NCBI GenBank assembly: GCA_965153355.1
Contig: OZ231126.1
Location: 32,054,001 to 32,118,000, forward strand
DNA: 64,000 bases
DNA from: Flaccisagitta enflata
Lineage: Eukaryota
Direction: 5' to 3'
Shown here: positions 26,930 to 42,383 of the stretch, piece after piece
Numbering within the stretch: the stretch's first letter is position 1
Layout: each line of letters opens with the position of its first letter
The notes under the pieces: model-generated
Database searches by the model: none
Told to the model about the DNA's origin: nothing
The model's input: only the letters and a program-made list of their open reading frames with translations
Program-made: the position numbers and the translations under genes

Positions 26930-28470
26930 AAGAAAAGGCAATACGTTGTCAGGGAGGTGGCATTAAGCTGGCAATGGCAATGGTCGTGTGGCATTAATCT
27001 TGGACTGGCAATGGGGGTGCGGCATTAAGCTGGAAATGGTAATGGTGGTGGCATTAACATTGGATTGGCAATGGGGGTGGCATTCTACTGGCATCGGCAA
27101 AGGTGGTGGCATTAACGTTGGACTGACTAGGGATATCCGGAGAAGGCATTAAACTGGCACTGGCAATCGCAGTGGCAATAAGGTTGGTCTGGCAATGGTA
27201 GTGGCATTAACTGGCTCTGGCAATGGGGGTGGCATTATAGTTGGACTGGCAATGGGGGTGGCATTAATGTTGCACTGGCAATGGGGGTGGCATTAAAGTT
27301 GGACTGGCAAGGGAGATAGCATTAAACTAGAACTGGCAATGGGAATGGCATTTAAGATGCACTGGCAATGGAGGTGGCATTAAAGTTAGACTGGCAAGGG
27401 CGATGGCGTTAAAGTTGGACTGGCAATGAAGAAAGGGCAATACATTGTCAGGGAGGTGGCATTAAGCTGGCAATGGCAATAATGGTGGCGTGAACGTTGG
27501 ACTGGCAATGGGGGCGGCATTAAACTAGCACTGGTACTATCTAGAGCAAAAGTATGGCAACACTATAAAACTTTATTTATGGTAATTATGTATTTAATAA
27601 ATAGTGCATAATATGATTGCAAAATATGTTCAATACACGGCATTCCCTCCCTGGGCATCAATGACCGCCTTCATAGGCCTTAGCATGCATTTGTAAAGAA
27701 ATTTTAGGTAAGATGGCAAGATCTTCCTCTAGACTTTAAGAGTGATTCTTTTAAGCCTTGCTATGCAACCAAAGTCACATGTCCCTTGCTTAGTAGCTGC
27801 TTTGTTTGAGACCAAAGCAGGATTTGAGATTTGGGCTGTCCCCAGCCAACCACAAAAAATTTTGACACTATGTTTTGTGGGCCATTGCTTCTTTGTAACA
27901 GCACAATGTGTCAAAGTGCCATCATTCAATGATAAACTACAATTTTTTTTGCTATTTTTAATTTGGAGTAGCAATCTTGTCCTATCTGTCATTTTTAAAC
28001 GCTTTGACTTAGATGAATGCGAATAGCGTCATTAGATCAGAAATTTGATCTTGTTTCAGAATCTCACTGATTTTTTTATGAATTTTTTATTTTAAGCGGA
28101 GATATTGCTAAAAAAATATGTTGCCATACTTTTGCTCTAGATAGTAATGGTGGTGGCATCAATGCTGTACTGGCAAAGGGGGTGGTATTTAGGTTGAACT
28201 GACAAGGGAGATGGCATTAAACTGGCACCGGATATGGGGGTGGCATCAAATTGATCTGGCAACGGAGACAGCATCAAACTGGAATTGGCTATGGGATTGG
28301 CATTTAAGTTGGGCGGACAAGGGAAATCAGACGTGGCAATAAACTGGCACTGGCTATTGGGGTGGTATCTAAGTTGGACAGGCAAAGAATACTACGTTGT
28401 CATGGAGGTGGCATAAAGGTTGGACTTGCCCGGGAGATGGCATTAAACTTGCGCTGGCTAGGTAGATGGC
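26930..28470. repeat. Degenerate ~30-bp minisatellite
   Basis: Unit ggcattaaagttggactggcaatgggggt, split by the MITE at 27537-28144. Confidence 0.85.
27537..28144. mobile_element. MITE inserted into a ~30-bp minisatellite
   Basis: Perfect 26-bp TIR ctatctagagcaaaagtatggcaaca, TA TSD; removing it restores the array unit ctggtaatggtggtggc. Confidence 0.85.
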
Positions 28471-28764
28471 ATACCGTAACAAGTGCGAGAGGGCATGACG
28501 ACATTGGTGGGAGTGGAAATAGCAAAATGCCGACAGAGGAAACGTCGAACTTGAGGAGGCGATGACAAGGGCAGTGGTCGCGAGTAGCGACAGAGAGACG
28601 ATCCGTCTATAAGACAGCAACAGGTTAGACACTTCATATCTACAAATTCTATCTCTACAGTGGGGAACCAACCGATTGACAGATGAAAAGACAATCAGAT
28701 AGAAACACAGAAAGACAAACAGATTGACGTATGGATGGGCGCACAGATATGGAGAAAAAAAAAC

Positions 28765-29208
28765 AAAGAGTCAAAGGCCGAACGCTTTATTACAAACTCT
28801 ATCTTCTCAGCAGACATGTATAAACACAAATGGACAGACACACAGAAAGAAACACAAAGTCAGTGAAAGGCCGGACACTTTATTACAACCTCTATCTTCT
28901 TAGCGGTCTAGAGCAAACACAAATGGACAAATGGACAAACAAACAAAGAGACACGCCGTCAGTGAAAGGCCGGGGACTTTATTACAACCTCTATCTTCTC
29001 AGCAGTCATGAATAAACACAAATGGACAAATGGACAGACAAACAGAAACACGTCAGAGTCAGTGGAAGGCCGGACACTTTATTACAACCTCTATCTTCTC
29101 AGCAGTCATGAATAAACACAAATGGACAAATGGACAGACAAACAGAAACACGTCAGAGTCAGTGGAGGGCCGGACACTTTATTACAACCTCTATCTTCTC
29201 AGCAGTCA
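28765..29208. repeat. 100-bp minisatellite, 5 copies
   Basis: attacaa(c/a)ctctatcttct at 28789, 28882, 28981, 29081 and 29181. Confidence 0.9.
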
Positions 29209-29441
29209 GATCACGAAGGGGTTTCCATCATTGACGCTCCAATATTGTGCCTTGTCCTCAAAATGCCTTCTGACAGTTCCGGCCCCATCTTCTCCGCTTC
29301 TTCTTTTTCTTCTTCCTCTTTCTCCTCGTCCTTCTCTTCCCCTCTTCCGCCCCTTCCTCTTCCACCGCCGCCTCTTTCGGTCGTGAACGCATATAACATC
29401 GATGTGTAAAAATGCTGCATAGTAGAAGTGACCAACGAAGG
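29206..29441 (-). CDS. Possible terminal exon of an unidentified gene
   Basis: Long pyrimidine tract plus atcag acceptor; phase-1 frame ends ...RRHFEDKAQYWSVNDGNPFVI*; AATAAA about 23 nt after the stop. Reading frame is ambiguous. Confidence 0.3.
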
Positions 29442-29995
29442 CTGATATTGGACATCAAGGAGGATGATGAGGGAGAGATGGATGAAGAGGAAGAGGAGAA
29501 TGATAAAAGAGAGAAGGATGGAGAGAGCGTTTTGTCAGATTTTGTCGGGTAAATTGAACAGGGTTGGTCGGCTAGATGGAAGAGGGAAGGATCGGTAAGC
29601 TAGATGGTACATGGTAAGATTGGTTGGCTGGATGGTAGTTCGTAGGACTCAATGAGTCTAACCAGGGTGTTTGGCCAACCTGCTAACCAAAGCTGATAGT
29701 CGACCAACCGTGGCCCATTAGTTGCTTGACCAACAAACCAACCTGATTCTCGACCAACCCTGGGGCTTGAGTATGCTGACCAACGAACCAACCTGATATT
29801 CGACCAACCCTTGTCCATGAGTAGGCTGACCAACCAACCAACCTGATAATCGACCAACCCTGGTCAGTCTTCTGAGAAGACTCTTCTCTTCACGGGTTTT
29901 ATATATTTGGAAGCTCTCCTGTCAAACGTGAAAAGAACTGATTTTACGGCTTTCCTTCATGTCTTTTCCTTACTCTCGCTCTCTGTCTCTCTCTG

Positions 29996-30098
<103 letters not shown>

Positions 30099-30144
30099 CT
30101 CTTTCTCGCTCTCTCTCTCGATCTCTCGCTCTCTCTCTCTCTCG

Positions 30145-30342
<198 letters not shown>

Positions 30343-30911
30343 GTTTCGCTTTCTCTGCTTCGGATCCGGTACGTTTTAAATTTTGGGGCCGTAACATAAA
30401 AAAGAAAAGGAAAAAAAAGAAGAAAAAGAAGAAGAGAAAAAGAAGAAGAGAAAAAGAGCAACTAAAAAAAAGGAAAAAAAGAAGAAAAAGAAGAAGAGAA
30501 AAAGAAAAAAAGAAAAAATACGGGAAGCATTGGATGGAGAAATGAGGAAAGGTGCACAGAATGAGTCAGGCATGAAATTTCGGTGGAGCCCAGATTTTTT
30601 TTTCTTTTCAAATTTTGATTTGCGACAGCTTCCTCAATGTTAGTCCGCATCTCCTTTGGATGTGATGCACTGAATTCTCAAGGCCTCCAGGTCTCTGTTA
30701 TGTTGTCGGGCAGGTTTTTTTGTAGTTGCGTGAAAATGGCAGTTGCAATGGATTCTTTATGAAAGATGAATTAGACTCTTCTACTCACGTGTATGACTGT
30801 GCACGCTTATGTGCGCACGCATTCACACTCATTCAACTACTCACGAGTCATTATACAAGCTCTAGTGATCGTAGGCGGACAAACACAAACACATACACAC
30901 ACTCACACACA

Positions 30912-30978
<67 letters not shown>

Positions 30979-30994
30979 ACACACACACACACAA

Positions 30995-31031
<37 letters not shown>

Positions 31032-31998
31032 TCACGTGTGATCATGCGAGCTTACGTGTTCATATTCACACACACTCACACTCAACTGGTCACGTGTGAA
31101 CACGTCGACGCCCATGCAAACACTGACAAACGTGCTGAATTCCAAAAAACGGCAGAAACGATTCGTCCAAAGTTTTCTTTTTATTCTTTTTTTTCTTCTT
31201 CTTCTTTATTTCTTTTCTTTTCATAATTTTTTTTTCCATTGAATTTCGTTCTTTCTTTCTATCCCCTCCCTCACGTGTTCATGCCAAAAAAACATTCTAT
31301 CTTTTCCCAGCTCTGGATAAACGCGAAAAAAAAGACGAACAAGTTAGGGGCGTTGAGCCGCAGTTTTTAGTCGCGTGCACGCGACTCTACAACCCGCTTT
31401 GTCCGTTCGTCTGTTGGCCGGTCGGTTGGCCAGTCGGTCACACTTAAATTTTTTTACGATTCTATTTCTTTGACCTGACTGCTCATGCCCAAATGGTCTG
31501 GTAACCTCAAATATAGCCCCTTCCCACCCGCACGCGACTTCGATAGCCGGCCTTTTTATACCTTCAATTTATGTCGTTTCGGCGTCCCATCGATTGCTGT
31601 CCGCTTGCCTAACGCCTTCCTGTCAATCTTCCTAACCAATTAATCTCCCTAACCACCCGAGCACCCTGACCATCCAGCGTACCGAACGCTAGATCCAAAC
31701 CATCTTCTGTACACGATTTACCTACCCATCTTCCTGACCACCCTCACCATCCAGCTAACCAACTCATCATCCATCTATCCTACAGGTCGTCACCTTTGAT
31801 GCAGATTAGCAAAATGCACAAGGCCATCTGCCTTTACTATTTGCGTGAGACGCTTTAATCTACAACCTGTTAAGCCATCATCCATGTCACCACAAAATTC
31901 TCGGCGGACAAAAACGTAACGAGATTTTTTTTTTCTCGGTGAGACAATTAATGGAAGTGAAAGTAAATCGAACAGAGGGACCCTCGAGGGGACAAAGG

Positions 31999-32051
<53 letters not shown>

Positions 32052-32428
32052 GTTTTAGTCACAATATTCTTTTTTATAGGCACAATATCCGTGTCTAGTG
32101 CTTACTTTACAAGATATTTATTCAAAATGGAAAATGAATCACCGTCTAGAGAGTAGAGACATATCCAGATTGAGTATGACTGACCGAGACCGAGTTATTA
32201 TCAGCGCCAGACCATGGGGACATGGAGTCTATGGCAAAATGATTTATTCATCGATTCTTTGTTTCATGGCGAAGTAATTAATTCATCCAATGGCTTGTAG
32301 CGTACAATTGCAATAATAATGACTCGGTAGTTATGTATAAAACAATGTTGTTTTAAAACGTTTCTTTTGGAAGAGGCTTATCGAATGATTTACCAGCTCC
32401 CAGCACACCATACGAAATCCCTAACTAA

Positions 32429-33398
32429 TCAGTATTCGTCATACGCGGGCAGTATCGTCCCGCTCGGCGCCCCAGTCCCCTTGTAGTTCTCCCAGAATTC
32501 CCAAAACTTGCAAATCGGATTTGATTCGTGGCATTTTTGCGCCGCATTCGAGCAACAAAGACGCATCGCGCGCAATGATGGATCGGAGGTTGGGTCTTCC
32601 GTCGCAGTCGTGGAGGTTTCCTTCAATGCCCGTTCCCAGCATTTGATGAATGTTCGACCGCAGGGTTGCTCGTGGTAATTTTCGATAAGATAAAGACGTG
32701 ATCAAGGTTAAAGTTCTTGAAAACAAATTTCAAAAATAAACGAATGATTCGCAAACAAGGCCAGACACGACTACCCAAGTCGCTTGTGGGGCAGATAAGG
32801 TCGCGTAAAAATTGTAAATTAACGCCGAAAAAAAAACAAAGTGTAACGAGCAGACCGACCGACCGACAAAGAGTCCGACATGCATGGCGACTGAAAATGA
32901 TTGTGCCACTCTTTCGGATGAAACGCGGCGCAGGCAACCGGGAAACACTGATACGTTAACAGACTGTTGTCACCTCTTCCCAGAATTGCAAAGAAGGTTC
33001 TTGGATCGGTTTTAGCACGTTTTGAAAGTCCAGCCGATGGCAATTTCGCCCTTAAGTCAAAGAAGAAAAACAAAAGCGTGAGAAACTGCCTTTCCTCACT
33101 AAAAATATTTGCAATACGGTTTTTTTTTAATTGAAATAATCTTTTACACAGCTGACTCAGACTCACTTGATCCTCGTAACAGAGGATCATTTTAACGTGA
33201 ACGTTAACAACTCACCTTTGAAATATTCAAAATGGTCAAGAAGATAACCTTGCTGATTTTTGTTTTCGTAACATAACCGGAAGTACAATTCTTTCGATTT
33301 GCCTATTTGTCAAAAAGTGAGAAATCTGCGGCGTCAATTTCTTACCCAACAGTCAGCGCCGCCAAAGTCACGAGAATAAAACCAGCTCCGAAGTGCAT
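32429..33398 (-). pseudogene. Small secreted Cys-rich protein gene, 4 exons (33346-33398, 33216-33302, 32974-33050, 32429-32715); frameshifted as assembled
   Basis: Signal peptide MHFGAGFILVTLAALTVG; GT-AG introns. Exons 2-4 join as KSKELYFRLCYENK...GRNCHRLDFQNVLKP...NFNLDHVF(Y)LIENYHEQPCGRTFIKCWERAL...CCSNAAQKCHESNPICKFWEFW...EY*. Needs -1 at a GGG and +1 at a TTT run. Confidence 0.55.
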
Positions 33399-34100
33399 CT
33401 TTTGTTTTTCTTCGTATCTTCGATTTTCTTTTCTCGGTCGGCAGTAGCTTTTCTTATTGTTTCCTGGTACGTCTCAATTCTTCGATAGACTTGAATCGAA
33501 TAACATCGTTAAGCATCAGAAATAACAATCGCCATTACAGAACTGCAATCATTTTTAGTCGCGTGAACGCGACTCTAAAACCCGCTATCTCGGTCAGTCC
33601 ATAGGTCGGTTGGTCTTCGTTAGCTTTTGCGGCGTTTACGGGTGGTTTTTACTTTACCGATCCTGCCCAAATGCCCGGGTAAGCCTTTTTATCACTGCCC
33701 CTGCCCACCCGCATGCGACTTCGGTTGCCGTGTATCCGGCCTAGTTTTTTTTCAGATGCATAACACATGCTGTCTAACAGCGTGAGATGTAAATTATGGT
33801 CCAATAGTGACTGACAGACATGCAATTATTACGAACTGTGACGAATTGTCAAAAGGAACAGTCCAGACAGACGTGCGAACAAATATTGACGGACAGTAGA
33901 GTTGGGACAGACATACTTATCCAATAACTATACTTCTCTTCCATACAGACACTGGCAGGGAAATGGCGTCAAAAAACTGCCGAATTGGAGAGATTCTCGC
34001 GCTCCATATAACTTTTGAAATATTTATATACATTTAATGTCTAACGTCAAAACTCGGCAGCTTTCTGTTTTGTTTCCCTTTATGGCGTCAATAATAGAGA

Positions 34101-34246
<146 letters not shown>

Positions 34247-36025
34247 GGGATAGAGAAGAAGAGACAGAAACAGACAGAAAGCACCTAAGAAAAAGAGAGA
34301 AACACCCAGATAGATAAATAGACAGAGTGCGCAAAAGATACATGATAGTATCAGAATAGAAACGGGATGGAACTATCCTAAATATTGAATGATGTTTTCT
34401 GCTTCTCCCTTCACCCTGTGTTAGTTTTTCGTTGAATGTTCTGGGCTCTGCTTACGCGGAATAATGCGTTTCTTTAGATTTTTTCATTACAACATTCTAT
34501 CTCTTTCAATTAGTTCCGAATAACCGTTGTCCCTACCCCCAAGTAGCTTCCCACCCCCCACCTATCTCACTTACCAAGGGTAGATTTCTGTCAATGCCAA
34601 TTGCCGAGGTACGAAATAGTGAGAAAAAAATCACAGAATTAAAAAAAAAATACTATTTTTCTGAGTAGAATGTGATTGATCAGTCTATGTTGAATGAGGA
34701 ATTTTAAAGAATGACGGTACGTCACATTTGGGTGCTTCACATAGCAAAAGTTTCTTATTTCTTTTCATCCTCTTGACCTAATGTGGAGTGGCCAATTTCA
34801 GGACCCTTACCATTTTTCTTTTATCAAAAATCGTTCATCTTCCGTTTTTTAGAAAATTGTTTTTGAGAGCCTAATTTGTATATTGCAGTGGGATAGAAAA
34901 ATATGCTGATCTTTTTTGAATTAGCTTTTACAAATTTCTGCTGTTTAAAGAATTGTTAATTTTCCTTTTCACAAGCTTATGCTGTGATGTTTTAATTTAT
35001 TTTTTTAAAAATCATGATTTTCTAAAACTAACAATTGTTCCTTTTGTAACAAGACTACACAGGATTTTGCTGAATTCTGGAAAATCTGAGGAAACTTTAA
35101 GGCAAAAAAAAAAATGCAAGATAAAGGAATTTTGAACAAGCCCGACCGGGCAATGATGCGTTCGGGCTGTGTCTCAGCGTGTATTGATCATGTGACATAT
35201 GTATGGAGAGACATGGACGAACAAACGGGTGAAAAGACTCTCAAAACATGTTGGTTGATCAATTGTTTCAGTGTAGGATCTCACCGTGGCCAAAAACAGC
35301 CGAGAAACGCGGTTTTTGCACAGGCGTGACGGACGGACCGACAGACGGACGGACCGACCGACGGACGGACCGACCGACGGACAGACCCTCTTATAGAGAT
35401 GCGTTCCTGACGGACTTATCTAAAAAAGGAAAACGGTCATCTTCATGATTTCTTTCACTCCATATTGGGTTAGCGGGACGAGAAGAAAATCAAATTTTTT
35501 GCTATGCGAAGCCTCCAAACGTCACATCACGTCCACCAACACACCACTGAGCCTGCTTCATGTGGTTAAAAAGAGAATATGAATAATGAAGATGAGAGAA
35601 AAAACAATCCCATTTTGCAATAAGAGATGCATTTATCAAAACCCACCAAGAAAAAACAAGGCCGGATACACGGCAATCCAGTCGCGGACGGTTGGGCAGG
35701 CGCAGTAATGCAAAAACCGCTCGGAATTCAAAAATGTGACGGATCTACCGACCGACCTACCGACCTACCGACCGACATGGCAAGGTGTAGAGTTGCGTGT
35801 CCGCGACTAAAAAGATATGAGATTAAAGAAAGAAAGAAAGAATTTCTCGCTCTCCCATACGAGTGGAAATGAATCATCACAACTGAGAATGAGCAATGGA
35901 CGCTCATTTTTCCCCATGAGCAGACATGAGGCGCTCTGGCTACGTGAATGTCTAGAAGTCTGGGCTTTTTTTATATAAATGCGTGTAATATTAGAAGCGC
36001 AGCGCACGCTCGCGTGCACTTGTCT

Positions 36026-36069
<44 letters not shown>

Positions 36070-36444
36070 GAGACAGAGAGACAAAGAGACAGAGAGACAC
36101 AGAGAGACAGAGAGAAACAGACGTGCAGACATCCAGGCGGAGGCAGAGGCGAAGCAGGACAGGCATTAGACATAAATGCAGGACACAGCAAAAAATGACC
36201 AAAAAAAAAAAAGAAAATGGACGAAGTCGAAGGATGGCAGGTTGACGAAATGGATAAGAGAAAACTGACATTTTAAAGAATCTTTCCTTTTGCCAGATTT
36301 CCACACTTCGTCGATAAACCATCTTATTTCAAAAATTGAAATTCCACTCAAGTTAGAAAGAGGGGAAAGATATGACAGCAGACTTAAATGCGTTCAACTT
36401 CACTAACTCACGTTTTCATTCTTGGTCTCTACAGTCTTTCTCTT

Positions 36445-38120
<1,676 letters not shown>

Positions 38121-38145
<25 letters not shown>

Positions 38146-38256
38146 GTCTTTCCACTGAAATTCGCGCCAATAATCGTTACATGACGCTGCGTTTTCAAAG
38201 CAATCCTCATGCCCCAGGAAGAAGCCAGCACAGAGGCTTTAAAGCCATTTTAACAG
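38121..38256 (+). CDS. CUB-LDLa-TM protein, exon encoding C-terminal part of a CUB domain
   Basis: ctacag|RTFKCKDNGLSTEIRANNRYMTLRFQSNPHAPGRSQHRGFKAILT(A)|gtgagc. The MTLRFxS...RGFKA pattern fits CUB; phase 0-1. Absent from the ORF track. Confidence 0.8.
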
Positions 38257-38731
38257 GTGAGCAATAGTCTCTGCACCAGACTTTACTATCTTGGAAAAAA
38301 TAAAAGTCCAAGCTGGATGAAGGAATGAGTTTCTTTCAAATTTGATCAAATTATTACTATTCTTGTAAGCCCAGTATTTGGAATAACTTTCTTAGATCTT
38401 TAAAACAGCTTGGTCCTTAGATCTGTAAGGGCATGCCTTGGAAAAGAGTATCAAGCCATTTTGAAGCATAGTACCTCCACACAATTTTTTCACATTTTAT
38501 GAGAATCAACATTTCCATTTTTTTTTTATGTAGAATCCAAACGAATAGAGCTATGAGTCTCTGCTTGGCGGCAATAGATAGCCCTGATCAATTGCTTCAA
38601 AATGGTCACCGATTTTCCTTTTATATTTTGCATAAATGTGAATAAATTTAGTGAGTGGCAATTTATAACAAATTCAGTTTCCACATGCACGTCAATTGTC
38701 ATCTTATTTTCTCTAATTCCGCATTGGTAGT

Positions 38732-39057
38732 TTTTAAGTGCCTCCTCGCACTTCTATAAGAGGTCATGTCCGTCGGTCAGTCGGTCGGTCGGTCGGTCGG
38801 TTGGTCGGTCACGCAAACGTTTGAAATGCGCAAAATGGCTGATGCTGACGTATTTCTTCATTCCTATCACCTTTCATGCCTTTCTTCATTCCTATCACCT
38901 TTCATACCTCACCCTATTCATTCATTCATTCATTCATTCAATCATTCATTCATTCATTCATTCATTCATTCATATATTCATTCATTCATCAAAAACGTTC
39001 ATTCACAAAATCTAAATCAAGCGAGGCGCACTTATTGGCCTTCACTTGGCCATGTTT
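38732..39057 (+). mobile_element. HINE-like element, aagtgc family, with (ATTC)n
   Basis: aagtgcctcctcgcactt, (GGTC)n, gcgaggcgcactt, ggccttcacttggcc hairpin. Confidence 0.65.
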
Positions 39058-39160
39058 GCATAACCACCCTTGCCAACTGCCTAACCGTCCTTGAATGGAC
39101 GTCCGTGAATCTATCCTGTTTTTTATGTAAAGACATTCCGCAACAGCAGTCATTTAGCTA

Positions 39161-41526
39161 CACTCTTTTTTTTTAGTAAGGACAAAGTTTATAAGGACAT
39201 GAGGCTGAAATTTTGCCAAAAATTAAGGACATTTTAAAAACAGAGCCCAGCCTTAGATTCAATTTTTTTTTTTATAAAAAATTTAGATTGTTTTTACGCA
39301 ACTTCTTAAGAAAATAACCACGTTTAAAAGAAATGATGGTAAATGATACAATATTCTAAAAAAACAAGGCCAACACTTATAAGTCCCGCGTGAGACTTAC
39401 TTACATAATCGCCTAATTATATGTTATAGTAATAGTACGTTATTTCCTGTAATGATGGTAATGACTATAATTACCTATTGACCTATAATTGCCTGTAATG
39501 ACCTGTAATTACCTATAGTTACCTATTACCTAATTACCAATAATCAAATAATGACCTAAAATACCTATAAGGACCTATGATTACATATAATTACATATGG
39601 ACCAATTATTACCTATAATGATGTATGATTACCCATAATTACCCACAATTACCTAAAATAACATATTGACCTATAATTACCTATAATGACCTATGATTAC
39701 TTATAATTACCCATAATTACCTATAATTACCCATAATTAAATAATGACCTATAAGTACCTATGAAGGCCTATGATTACCTATAATTACATATGGACCAAT
39801 AATTACCTATAATGACCTATGATTACCCAGAATCACCCATAATTACCTTGAATAGCATAATGACCTTGATGACCTATGATTACCTATAATTACCTATAAT
39901 TGCATAATGACCTATAAATACCTATTATGACCTATTATTACCTATAATTACATAATGACCTGTAATTACCTGTAATTACCAATGATTACCTATATTGACC
40001 TATAATTACCTATAATTACCTATAATTATCATATTGACCTATAATTATCAATAATGACCTATAATTGCATAATAACTTATAATTACCTACAATTACCTAT
40101 AGTTACATAATGACCTATACTTTCCAACAATGACCTATGATTACCTACAATGACCTATGATTACCTAAAATTGCATAATGACCTATAATGACCTATAATG
40201 ACCTATGATTACCCAAAATTGCATATTGACCTATAATTACCTATAAATACCTATAATTATAAATAATGAATTGACTTGAATTTACTCAAAATGACTTAAA
40301 ATGACCTAGATTGACTTAATTTGACTAAAATTCAATAATGACTCAAATGACTTAATTTGTCTTAAATTTGACATAAAATGACTTAAATTGACTTATACTG
40401 CCTTAAATTGACTTATACTGAGTTAAACTGACTTAAATTGACTTGAGTTTACTTAAAATGACTTAAAATGACTTAAATTGACTTAAATTCAATAATAACT
40501 CAAATGACTTAATTTGACTTAAGTCGGGGTGCAAACGAAAACAAAATTTGACTTTCAGTCACAATATATTATTATATATAGTTATCCTAGTTAGTGACAA
40601 GTTTTGAAATAAAAAAATTTGCACTCCTGATTTCTTTTAGAATATAAAAAAATCATTACAATATAAAAAGTTACTATCATATGTTTGTAAAGACCAAAGT
40701 TTTTCAATAAAACATGAAAATTTCTCCTAAAATTGAGAGGAAAATTTCAGAAAGTTGTTGCGTAAAATTATAATTCTGCTTCTGAATGAAAAATTTTGCA
40801 TTTTCAAACACATGGCCCTCATCTTATGAGTCTTTAGAAAGACGCCATGTTTTTGGAAATGACAATTTTTGAATCTCTATGCAAAGTTATAATTTTACCC
40901 AAGACATGTCAGATTGTAAAGTAAGATTTTTCTTGAAAACTTCTTTTTTTTCAGATGTTTATTCTTACATTTCACAGTTACTTTGGACACAAAAATGGTT
41001 TTTAATGCAAAAATAATCTAAACACAAATTAATTATCATTTTTTATTGATAAAATGTACAAATTTACAACATCTATCATATTGCTAAAAACACATTTTGA
41101 CTGATCAAATTTTGTCTTCGATTGCACCCCGACAAACCCAAACTGAAAAATATGGAAGAGGGCCTTATGAATATGTCACTTATTGACAAAGGATCTAAAT
41201 GACTGAAAAGGAATGACTGAATGAATGAATGAATGAATGAATGAATAAAAATAAATGGGGACCGACCGACCAACGGACAGACAGACAAAGCGGGATATAG
41301 TCGCGTGCACGCAACTAAAAACAACTACAAATCAATTATTGTCGTATCCAACTTGTGTTTCATGATACTGAACTTCAATTATTTCAATGCATAAAACATA
41401 ATTATAAGAAAATATTTAGAAAATATTAAGGACACGCTAAGGACATTTCAGCCTGAAATTTGCTAAAATCTAAGAACTTCCCAGCCTCAGAAAAAATTTA
41501 CTGGTCCTTATATAAAAAAAAGAGTG
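39161..41526. mobile_element. TA-flanked MITE hosting a nested HINE (39361-41321, minus) that hosts a TIR element (40523-41133)
   Basis: Outer TIR cactctttttttt..taaggac / gtcctta..aaaaaaaagagtg with TA flanks. Related short copies at 2493-2649, 3892-4052, 46134-46565. Inner TIR gtcggggtgcaa.cgaa.acaaaatttga. Confidence 0.8.
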
Positions 41527-41593
41527 TAATACGACAATGGTCTCTGCATCGCTAAAGATCTCATGTGCCATAGTTCCCCAATTTTTTTTTCAG

Positions 41594-41731
41594 CTTACGA
41601 GAAATTCGGTATCTGTAGTCTATCGAATCACAAATGCGACAACGGTCTTTGCATCGACGATGATCTCACCTGCGATCAGATCAATCACTGCGGAGACAAC
41701 AGCGATGAATCGCCCAAGCTCAATTGTGTCG
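41594..41731 (+). CDS. CUB-LDLa-TM protein, LDL-receptor class A domain exon
   Basis: ttttcag|(A)YEKFGICSLSNHKCDNGLCIDDDLTCDQINHCGDNSDESPKLNCV|gtaagc; six Cys and CGDNSDE; 138 nt, phase 1-1. Confidence 0.92.
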
Positions 41732-42332
41732 GTAAGCAGGTTATCATAACAATAATTGAGAGGAGTAGACAGCAGACAAGGACGTAAAACAAATCAACCA
41801 TCTTACGCAATACATTTTTGTAGGGAAACAAATCAACGATTGTTTGAACGATCTGATTTCGAACTAAGCTGGGCAGAGAGTCCTTACTTTTTCGGTACTG
41901 ATTGTAAATCCGCTTCTGAATTAGTATATGCATGTGAAAAGAAAGAATTTCACCTTGGTTTAGAAACCACTTGTAAGCAACTACAAAAATCTTCTTTGGC
42001 CCGCGAACAAAAGGGCAATCAATGATCTACAATGAGGAAATCCGAAATCCCGCGAGAGGGCACAAGTGGAAACGAATTGTTTATGGCAAAAGTACAGCCC
42101 AAAGAAAGAGTAGGAAAAAAAGTGTTAAAGAGCAATTAGAGGGCGCCGACAGGCAGAAAATTGGGCGCGGCCAAGGAGAAAGACAAATGGCGTCCGTGGC
42201 ACACACCAACACGAACAAGAGTAAAAGAAAAGGGGAGGGACTAGAGGAGGGAGAAGAAGAAGAAGAAGAAGAAGAAGAAGAAGAAGAAGAAGAAGAAGAA
42301 GAAGAAGAAGAAGAAGAGGAATATGAGGAATA

Positions 42333-42363
<31 letters not shown>

Positions 42364-42383
42364 AAGAATAGTCGCAAAAGCGT

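Noticed and set aside
26930-29208. Regularly spaced repeats resembling CRISPR arrays (also 36.5-38.1 kb and 63.7-64 kb)
   Set aside because: No unique spacers, no cas genes, eukaryotic context; these are ordinary minisatellites.
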